Assembly: GCF_052425735.1 (NCBI RefSeq)
Contig: NC_135763.1
Coordinates: 5,518,001-5,582,000, forward strand
Direction: 5' to 3'
DNA from: Oculina patagonica
Lineage: Eukaryota
DNA length: 64,000 nt
Shown: piece after piece, positions 49,212 to 60,380 of the stretch
Layout of the letters: every line of letters begins with the position of its first letter
How positions within the stretch are numbered: position 1 is the stretch's first letter
The notes under the pieces: generated by a model
What the model saw: only the letters and a program-made list of their open reading frames with translations
Database searches by the model: none
Told to the model about the DNA's origin: nothing
Translations under genes and position numbers: made by a program

Positions 49212-49737
49212 ATGATAGTCTGAATGGGGGTACTTTGATAACACTAAACACTTAATTTTTTGGCTCTGTAACATGAAACAGTTAATTTTTAGGCATTTTA
49301 ACACTAACAGTAAAAAAGTCACTATAACAGTTAATGTTATCCTGAAAGAAACAAAAAAGGCTCCTAAAGGCCAATATTATTTTGTTAAGTATATCAAAAA
49401 GTTTTCGGCCATTTTCCGACGATTTCCGATTATTTCGGAAGATTTCCGAGGACTACCGAAGATTTCGGGAGATAACCAAAGATTTCCGGAGACTACCGAA
49501 AATTTCTGAAGTCTACCGAAGATTTCCGAGGAGAAATCTGACAATTTTATTACCGCTTTTTGAAGAGCAGATTTTCAATTGCTAAAAGACTCTGGGTTTT
49601 TTCACGAAAAACCATCCAAACACTTAACAGTATTTTCTCCGGAAACAATAAACATCAAAAAATTGGCCAATTTAACATCAAACACTAAACATTATGGAAA
49701 AATTACACTAAACACTAAACCCCATTCAGACCATCAT
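49212..49737. mobile_element. MITE with 18-bp TIR and internal ccgaagattt-like decamers
   Basis: atgatagtctgaatgggg ... ccccattcagaccatcat; decamer array about 49410-49530. Confidence 0.8.
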
Positions 49738-51156
49738 AAATGACTCCTGACATGAAGCACTATCAATGCATGAAAAGAAATGCTTTCTACCCTGAGGTAC
49801 AGGTATCCTCTGGGTACCCGTTTTAGACAAATAAAACTGATTGTATTGGTGTAAGAAGGAATACACAGTAATAGTTTTTGTCAGACTTTTTTGATATTAG
49901 AAATGACTGACCCTTCTTCTGATGGAATTATAGTTTTTCAGAGCGGGCGGGAATTTCCTTTTTATTCCTGGTCTTGCATTATTGGCCCTATGACAGCTCT
50001 GTCAGGTCTGTCAGGATTTACAATTGCATCTTTGGAAGGCGTCATTTTGAGCGTCTGTACTGTAAAATGTCATTCTCATTTTATTGTCTTGTATTTTGGC
50101 GTATTCCACCATCGAAACCTCAGACAAAAGTATAAAAAGAAAAGAATAATTACTAACAACCTTTAAAATGAAACCGAGTCATATTTCCCAATGTTAATCG
50201 CCCTTTGGCCGAAACCTAGCCTCTGAAGAGGTTTCCCAGTGTGCCGAGTTTACAGCAGAAAAACAAATTATAATCGCCTTGTCGAGCGCGACCTAGTCGC
50301 CTTTCCTTTCTCATTTGTTTCTTTTTGGGTTGTTTCGCTCCGCTCGCTGATTTAATTTTGCTTTCAGGGATTAAAAAAACAACTAATTATTGCATAACTG
50401 TTACGTATCCTCTGCCGGACTCGACGATTCAATAACACTACTTGACAACAAAATTTAACGAACTGAACGTTTTTCTTATAGCTACCTGCCAACATGTAGT
50501 CGTATATCATTTCCTTTTCTTTGAAAGATTGGAAAATAAGAGGCCGTTCTTAAATATATACTAGAGACGTGTCACCCGTCCGTCCGAGCTTCGGCGAACA
50601 TTTTGTAGTTTGTCTGGTTATGCGTCTCTAGTGTAAAGAAGGACACAAGACGAGTTACCCGTCTAGACGAGCTACTTTTCGAAATGCGTCTTGAAAGACA
50701 AATTACGAAAAGAAGCTCCTTCAGACGTTTTACGCTTCGGTCTTGTGTCCGTCTTTATACAAGAGACGCATGACCATGCAGACGAACTAAAACTGAAAAT
50801 GGTTTGCTTATGGCAAAATTCCAACGCTTGACCGATGAAGATAGCCGCTCCCTTAGACGCAAATCACGGTTGCAACATGAATATGACAATGAAAGTACTT
50901 AATGCATGCTCTGATCAAAATAACGGTGACTCGTAAGTTACGCTGACTGAGCGCTTACAATTTGAGTAACGGTTCCCCTGCATATTTAATAATACGGTCC
51001 TAACCGACATATAATACATGTATACTAAGTTTAAAATCACTGACATAGTAAAGCGATGTTTTGTCGGTTTTTTCCCGATTTTTTATCCTATTGCCTTAGC
51101 TGCCAATTTCGATAAACTGTATTTTGCGCCATCAAGTCTCTGTTTTCGATTGTAAT

Positions 51157-51393
51157 AGACTCCGTCCACACTGACCCGGGTAAGTTTGAATACGGAGAAA
51201 TTTGAAAACGCCGGGTAAAATGTTTTCCGTCCACATTTACCCTGTTAAATTTGAAAGCGATATCCAATTTGGAGAGCGTTTATGAAAAGCTCCCTTTTCG
51301 GTGACCAAAAACGACGTTTTAGTGTGGACAGTTGGCCTTTCCGTGTAAAAAGATGCGTTTTCAAATTTACCCGGGTCAGCGTGGACGGGGCCT
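51157..51393. mobile_element. PIF/Harbinger-like MITE, copy 1
   Basis: ccgtccacactgacccgggtaa ... ttacccgggtcagcgtggacggggcc. Confidence 0.8.
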
Positions 51394-52146
51394 TAGTGCA
51401 CATGCAAATGTACGCTATATCTTCATTACTTAATAACAAGTCAACCGTAAAAAATATCTTTGCTACCGTTGTGTAATCAAGTGGTTCATTTTAACTCGCA
51501 ACTGAAAGGTTTTTTTATAACAAGAAATTATAGTTTTTCTTAGTGATTTTAAATAGTAAGTAAACTAAAGATACAAAATTGAAAACGTAACGTGATAATA
51601 ACGTTGATGTTATTTATTTGTACAACTAAAACACTACATGTACGAAATATCGCTTTGTCCGAATACAGAAAGAAAACTGTTTCCTATGACATTTATAAAA
51701 AAAAAAAACTAGCTTCTTTGTAATCACCAAAAAATTAAGCTATATAAAAATCAAAGTCATTTTATTTCAACCATATCTCAATACTTTATTATCGACCATT
51801 GTATGTATTCGCCATTTTTTTTTTAGTGTCCGGTAAGTAAATACGGCGAGGAAAAGACTTGTACATTGTTCTTAATATTTTAATGTAACTGACATTTTTC
51901 GAACTTGCGGAAAATCTCTGATGCTAGTAGCTTTCTCTATCTTCTATCTTTAAAAGCTACAAGATTATTCCAGAACAGCAAAATAAAATACTAAATATCC
52001 TTAAAACACCTCAGTTCCTGGCATGTTTGCTTTAACCCGTCTTATTTCTGGTACCATGTCAAGGTATATCTATTGTTATCGATCTATGACCAGAGAATAA
52101 GTTTACTTTTCTCGGTCATATTCACCCATGGAAGTGTAATGTGAAA

Positions 52147-52257
52147 TATAAAATGCATATCTACACCTGTACTACTGCTTGGCGAATATCGGTGGGCCGG
52201 TGATAATAAGAGTTTGAAGTTATATTGGGTTCAAAGGACAATCGACGAGCCATACAG
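52147..52257 (+). promoter_or_regulatory. Candidate TATA box and non-coding first exon of gene F
   Basis: TATAAAA at 52147, strong donor cag|gtgagt at 52257/52258; the ATG exon is preceded by an acceptor (ctcgccag, 53530). Confidence 0.4.
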
Positions 52258-53532
52258 GTGAGTGCAAAATGTCATTTTTGTGATACAAGTTATATTCATT
52301 CAATATTTTTTAAGCTTTGAAATTATTGTGAGTTGCCAGTTGTGAGTTAGTGAGGCGCGTTAGTTTCCGTGGCTTGAAAAAGTATTTATTTTTGAGATTC
52401 GGGATACAGATATAGGGAAAAATTGGTATTAAACGAAACGCTGCTTCTGCGTTTATGACTTGATGAACCTGGCCATTTTACCCGCGATCGGTTACCATAA
52501 ATAACTGCCCAGATTAGAACTTTCATTTATAGTACGTTGGTAGCCTTCTTTAGCAGTTTAATTTTCAGTTAGCTTAACTGGTCCATGTAGACAATCAAGC
52601 AAACATAAGAACAGTGCAAATTTTGTTGATGTAAGTCTGTCATACATTGAGTGACTACGTTCATCAACTTCTCCACAAATGATCACTTTAAGTCAAAGTT
52701 ATCTGTAAGATAAGAACCTGAGGCTCGAATTTAATTTTACATTTCGAAAACCAAACTAATTTAAAAATTCAATTAGTGTCATGGGGGAAACCCAATAATA
52801 AAAATTGCAATAGAATCGGGGACGAAATTCTTGGGAGCTTTTTTGATTTTTTTTAAACTCTAGATCTCTAGGATACGATCATCGGAGTTTTTAACATTGA
52901 TGAATTCTGACCGCAGTACCTACATAGCGTCAAATCAGACATAGTATAATTATAGTTCTGTAGGTGCATGTGTCAATTTCATGGCTACTTGTATTAAAAT
53001 TGCATCTCCATTAACCTGTCTGTAAAAAAAAATGGCTCACAGTATTTTCTTCAGTTTTAACCTTTATTTTCTCAGTTTTAAGCTTTTTTGAACAAATTGT
53101 GGCTTATTTTATTATAAAGACTACGATGGTTTCCTAGGAACTAAAACACTCGATCGCAGGCACCGGTTTTAACCGCCTAATTTTAGGACTTGAGTAAGTA
53201 GTCTTTACTTTAAGAAGGCTGCACGTTATTGATTATAAAGAACAAACATGTGGCTCTCAATATTACCAAAAGTAATTATGACAATAGAGCCAGGAAAGGT
53301 AAAAATAAGGACAGCACAATAAATTAAACGCTAACAAGAGATATAAAAATAGAAATATGAAAGGAAGATAACAGTACTAAATTATATAATAATTTATATA
53401 ATTTAGCGAGTTTCATAAGATATTGGTAAATCGTCAGTTGTTTAATTCCAATAAAGTTATTTGGTAAATAATTCTGGTAAATTTCTGTGTACAAGTATTT
53501 TACAGGTATTATGTACATTGTTCTCGCCAGAA

Positions 53533-56500
53533 ATGAATATGAAACTTCATTTTCTGCTCGTTTGGAGTGTCCTTGTATACTGCAATTGTTCATCGGCGGT
53601 TCGTGGTGTAAAGAAAGGTAAGGTCAAAATCGTCAGTTGTTTAATTTCAATAAAGTTATTTGGTCATTTGTACGTGCAGGTTTCAAACCACGAGACCAAA
53701 TGTTCTCATGTGGGTTCTAGTCGTATATTTTTTATAGACCCGAGGTAAACTGCTTTATTTGACTTGCACAAGGAATAAGTAGCTTTCAACAACGAAATCA
53801 ATTCCGATCTTCACGTCAAACGCTTTCCTTTTTTCACAATTTCACGGAATATAGACAATTTTATATGGGATTATATCGAAAGCTTTCCTTGCGTTTCACT
53901 CAACTCACAGAGTGAACACTGCGCAACAACTTGGCCTCTTCACACCACCACCTCGTTTAGATCAAACTGAAACGTTCACATCATCCAGTCGATTTATAGT
54001 TTAAGAAAAAAAAAAAAGTATTTTGGTTGTTTAAACGCTACGCAAAATGCGACCGGTGAACAATACAATGGAACTTTAATTGTTTAGCTATTGATACAGT
54101 TTGGGATAAATATAAGGAAATCTCGCGCACGTGCAGTGCAAGCGGCGTACGCACGGGCGGACAATTCTGTGTAGGTATGGGGCTCCGTTTGCGTGCGTTT
54201 CGGCGTGTACTGTAGCCTGCACAACAGGCGGTTTATTTTGCGGGTCGAAGCGCGAAGTGCGAGTTTTTATTTTGCGGGTCGCGTGGGGGCGAGCGCGAAG
54301 CGCGAAGGAAAAATAAAGAATAAACCGCCTGTTCTGCAGGCTACGTGTACTGCAACGACGCTATCAACCACTTGACGCGGATGTTTAATACGTTCACATT
54401 CCCTATATAATGCCATCCCAGTTCCCGCAAGTCTATAGAAAAAAAGCATGAGTAAGTTTCATCGTTAACTCTGTCGTTTTTTTTTTCTTTGTTTAGCTCA
54501 ACGTACCACAATTAATCATGAACATTATCATTTACTTGAGAAGCATCCTTCTTTGAAGAAGTTAAAGAAACTTCATTCACTCAAATCCCACTCAAACTCG
54601 TCAACCACTTCAAATCAACTTTTCGTGAGGAATCTCCTTCCAAGACAATCGGCCGTAAAAGGTACATGGATAGACAGTTGTAGTAGACACAGCTATAACG
54701 GGCACAATTCATATATGAAGTACATGTATACATAACAACAACAACAAATCAGTGATTTGGTTTATTCCAACGGAGGCCTAATGATTAGCTCGATGAATTG
54801 TACTCTGGAACGAGCTTTCGGGCCTCTCTTATACGAGAGAATTCAATTCTTCCTTCCCGTCCTAGAGATCCAAGAGAGAGGGGAGGGGGGGGGGGGGATG
54901 GAAATACTGCTTGTCGCCAGGTTAATGCTACGGGTATAAACCTCGGCCTAATGGGACACTAGGCTCTAAGTTTGACTTAACCTTTCACCTTTTCTTATTT
55001 TTTTATTTTAGAGTGTAAAACTCAAGTCGATCTTGGATTCCTAATTGACGGTTCCGGGAGCGTAAACCATTACGGTGCAGGAAATTTTGACCGATGTTTG
55101 GAGTTTGTAAAATCCCTCACGAGGGCGTTTGTTATTTCTTCAACGGATACAAGAGTTGGAGCCATCGTCTTTTCTTCTCGAAGCCAGCTTCAATTTGATT
55201 TCAACCAGTATACATCGCACGAAGATGTAGAGGCGGCGATTGATCGCATTCCATACCCTGGCTATAGGACGAATACTGGCGTTGGATTGAAATTGTCGGG
55301 AGAAAAACTATTTAACGACGTCAGACCTGGTGTACCTCGTGTTCTTGTCGTTATAACTGATGGAGCTTCTACCGACGATGTTGCAGCACCTTCTGAAGCA
55401 CTTAGACAAACTGGAGTTATAATAATCTCAGTCGGTTTGGGAATTGAGCGACGTTTAGCGAGATTTAAACCACAACTTACTGCCATGGCGAGTGAGCCAA
55501 AACAGGAACACGTGTTTACAGCTGATTTTCCACAAATGCAGGATATAGTTACTGCGATACAGGACAAATTATGCCAAGGTTAGGATAGTCCAGTCCCTGA
55601 ACCCTCCCTTCTCGTGCCTGGGTCCAACCCCTATAAAGGGCGCGCGGAAGAGAGAGTTCAGGAACTGGACTAAGGTTAGGAATGATTGTTAAGACGGATT
55701 CCGCTGAAGAATCCAGCGATTAGTGCAAAAATAATTTGTCAAAATTTCTACTCATAGCACGGTAACATATTGTATACTATTTGATACATCTCACTGTAAT
55801 TCATTTCTGTAATTGACCCAACGATTGAATTCTGAAAAATTCTCAAGAAAGTTGATCTCAAACCTTGTAAAATGCTCAAAACGCATGTTATTTTGTTTTG
55901 AACTGACGTGAAAGGACTCTCTTAGCTTAAATATGAGAGCTTCAAATTGACTAAACCAGGAAACATTCAGTGCTGTGGACGCAAACGTTTCCCAGTTTAG
56001 CCACGCTGGAAACATTTGCTTTCGAAACAAATTTTGCCGGCTTCAAAGAAACAAAAACTGTTTCTGCCTCAAGTCAAAAATATTTTTCGCTTCCCGTGCC
56101 CGTACACAAATTTGTTCCTGAAACATATGTTGCCTAGTTTAGCGAGCACGGAAGCAATATTGACTAGCTTGTGCGCATACGTGACCCTTGGTTCGGGGAA
56201 CATTGTTTCCTAGTTTAGCGATTTTGGCAGCAAAACATCTTATTTGCTTCCAGCTAATTGAGCCAGCTAGAAAAGCCACCTAGGTCCTAGTTTAGCCAGG
56301 TCTTTGTACTAACCGCGTGGTCGCAAACATTTTACTTTGCGTTCAGTGTCGCGTCACTGCAACGAATATTTTTTCCTCGAGACGGTCACTACGGTATTTT
56401 TAATGAACTTTTCTTCTGATTTTACAGCTGCTACCAAGGCTGTTGAAGAGGGAACAAGTGAGTATACTTTCGTTACGTTGAATTTACTGAAAGAGGAAAA

Positions 56501-59500
56501 AGCCTTTTGTGACCCCTAAAGGAGGTCAGAAAGTGCCCACGACAATATCTAGTAATTTATCTTGAACGTTGTATGACTAGTGTTTAATATGGCGTCACTT
56601 GGCGTCCCATTACAGATCAGGTGCTGCTACCCGTGCGACGATTTTTGTGTGTGTTAAATTCAAACAAATTCACGGGAAATTAATGAAAAATTGTCAGGTA
56701 GACAAAGGAAAACTTCTCAAAAAAGCATCACATGATCCAAAATGGACATTTTTACATAAGACACCTTATGACGTCTAATTGATGCTTAGTTTTAGTTATT
56801 TGAACAGGTCTTTATATTTTTTTTTAGCAATATATCCTTCTCGACTCTATAACAATTAAATTTGCTAATATCTGTTCTTATCACTTGCAACGCTTTTTTT
56901 AGCTGAAGGACCAATCGCCGCTGCCCCTGTGGTTACAGGTATAGTATTTCGCTGAGATTCAAGGTGGTTGAAAGCTGGCTGATGTTTTCCTGTATAAATA
57001 ATAAATACTAATACTTCCCCTCCCCGTCCCCGCCCCCTCCCCGCCTTCCCCGCGATTAGCTTTCATATTAAAGAGCCTTTTATTGAACAAAGAAGGAAAT
57101 AACTTTTACAGAGCCACGGCTGATTTTTGACGCACTAAGAAACATCAACTAGAGTTAGAGTGCCTTCACCTTACAACCTAGGCCTTCAGTTCAGCCATGA
57201 TTGTTTCAATACGTTAATGCATATTCGATGGAAATTGTAGACCTCTTGCATATAAACTGTAAGGTAATTATTACCTCTGAACTTTTCTCTTAGACAACCC
57301 CTTAAAAGAGACAGAAGTCCCCTCGACACTTCTAACGTAGATGAATCAGCCAATACTTTTGTTTGCTGAAAATATACTACAGGAATTACCTTTTTATGTA
57401 AGACTAAAGTAAATTACAACTGAGGACCCGTCCACACTGACCTGGGTAAATTTGGAAACGCATTTTTGTTTTACCCAGATAGGCCAACCGTTTCCGAAAA
57501 CGGTACTTTTCAAAACGTTCCCCAAAGTAAGTAAATTTCAAAACGCCAGCTAGGTGGTGTAGTGTGGACAGTGAAATTAGGCGAAACTGGGACTTTTGAA
57601 AACGCTGACGTCAAATAGTCATGTATTCCCTAGCTGTCAAAACAAAATGTTTAATAAGCTTAACAATACCTCTGTGCATGCTTTGTAACTCTAGGTGCGA
57701 TAAAGCTTATCGTTTTCAAGTTCACCCGGGTTAATGTGGACAGAAAACATTTTATACTGCGTTTCAAATTTTTTCGTTTTCAAATTTACCCGGGTTAATG
57801 TGGACAGGGCCTGAAATCTTCAATAATAATTGGAATTGGGTTTATTATAATAAATTTTTTACCCATCTGCTGTCCACCGAGTTTCTTGGCATAGTGTCTC
57901 GACTTTTGTTTGTAACCCAGAACACGTTATCTGTTTCTACAGCAGGTGGCCTCGACCTGGCGATCATGGTGGATGCATCGATGAGTATAAGAAGCAGAGC
58001 AAACTTTCAACTTGTTATGAATTTTGTCACCAATGTCTTCCACACCTTTCCTCTCGGGGGTCGTGTCAGATTCGGATTAGCTATCTTTGGTTACCGTGTT
58101 AAGGTACACACCAAATATATACATGTGAGGACTCCTATATGAAACGGACGGGGATGCTCGTCGGAAATTTTGAAAAGAACCCCTAAAAGAGACCAATCTG
58201 GGTGTGGCTCAAGCTTTTCTTGACCCCTAAAAAGATACCAAAAAAGCTAAGAATAGAATTTATATTTGTATACTCTTCGTGTGTAACCCTAAACGAGACC
58301 ATCTTGGCTAAAAATCAAGCATTCCCGTCACTTTTATATGCGAGACCCCCGGGGAAAATTTAAACAGGCGCACCGGCCTGGAGCACAGGATAAAAGCGTG
58401 ATTGGAACAGGCAATGTAAATAGATGAATTATGACCGTGAACCAAACTATGAGGGAGATCGGTTATTTTTCGTTAAATCAAATAATGAACAGATAACAGT
58501 AGTATGTTTTCAGTGACGAAATTGAGTCGTAGTTTGGCTTTCTTTTTACCTTTTCAAAAAGGAAACAAGGAGTTTCGAGTATTATACAACGTTAAATATT
58601 TAACAAAATGTTTCAATATTTTTTCAACTACTCCAATTTTGAAACCAGGATTAGTTAGCCAATGTTGTTTTAGGCTGCCCTTTAAGATCATTGTGTTGTG
58701 CTCTTGGGCAAAATTGTTTTTACTCTCATAGTGGCTCTTTTCAATCAGTTGTATAAATGGGTACCAGATAACTAGTATTGGGGTAACCTTGTGATGAGCT
58801 CGCATGCGATATCGTGCGGGATAGAAATATTTCTTGTCGCTTATGCTAATGAAACCGAAATAAACTCCGGCGGTGTGAACCGCTTGTCTCGCAGAAGGCA
58901 TCATTTTTGTTTTTTTGTTTTTTTCTTAGATTGTATTTGGTTTTAATCAGTACACCTCCTTCTATGACATTGATGCTGAAATTGCACGCCTCACTTTGAC
59001 TGGTGGAAGCTGCAATGCGGGTGCTGCTCTTTTGGAATGTAAGAAATCTCTGTTTGTTGGTGACGCAGGAGCGACAACACGAATCCTTCTCGTACTCATT
59101 GCGGGGCAATCTAATGATGACGTCACGAGAGCTGCTGGGTCGCTTAAAACAGCGGGGATCAAGACAATTGCTGTTGGAGTGGGAAGTTCATTTGCCCGTT
59201 CGCAGCTTTCTGCTATGGCATTTTCCTCGGCACACATCCTGACTACTTCCGTATTTGGTAGTTTAGCTGGCATCAGAGGACGCGTCGCCGGCCTTATATC
59301 ACAAGGTTCCTGCGACATAATTTACTTACTTTTTGACCATGTTTTGTCTTTTCTTTTACTCATATAGCTACTACAAATTCGTTATTTAACTATACTTTTT
59401 ATCGTTATTTAGTTAGTCGCGTCAACATCAGAGCAAGTGCAGCAAACACAGGAGGTGGGTTTGTGATAATATTTTTTTTAATTATTTCTTGCATATATTT

Positions 59501-60337
59501 TACAATTATTTCATGATCGTGCGTTGGATATGGAATGTCAGATAACCACGCGGTACGTAGGGCCAATTTTGCTATATCTATCTCATATCCAACTGAAACA
59601 ATTGTCTTATTTAAGACACCCATGTAAAGAATTGCCTTCGCACGGTTGGTCAATCAGTTTCCGGAATTCGCAAAATTCCGCCCCATCAAAAGCTTAGAAA
59701 AATAAACATAAAAAATATACGTATTTTTAATAGTTAATATCTGTATATATTGCAATTAATTTATAAGCAAATTTTCAAATAGCAACCAAATCTTTATTGG
59801 CCTCGGTTCTTCACGCCCCGTTGCAATACTCTTTCAACACCGGTTACACAGCAATTGCCATTTTTTTTGCAGGAGGTTCTGACCTTGCGTTTATAGTGGA
59901 TGCTTCGTCGAGTGTTAAAGGAGAAGCAAATTTTAGGCATGCTATGAGTTTTGTCACAGGCTTCTTTCACTTATTTGCTCGCGGTGCCGGTGTGCGACAC
60001 GGATTGGTTTTATTTGGTAGCCACGTTCAGGTATGCTTCGATAATATGTTGTATGTTAAATTGTAAAATTCATTAATTATTAATGAGGGTGCAAACCAAT
60101 CCCAGCACACTATTCAGATCACATGTACACAACTGTAAACCCCAATACAAATCAAACAATAGAATTAACTTTTGATACAGTCTCCTGCTCAGCTAATTCG
60201 TATTCATTAACTTTTAATACAGATCTCTACTGATTCGCATAACAATACTTTGCATTCAATTTATTGTTTTCATTTCACAAGTAGAATAAAATATTCGCGT
60301 CCGATCTACAATGGCTCGCCTGTCGGCTCGCCATTGT

Positions 60338-60380
<43 letters not shown>

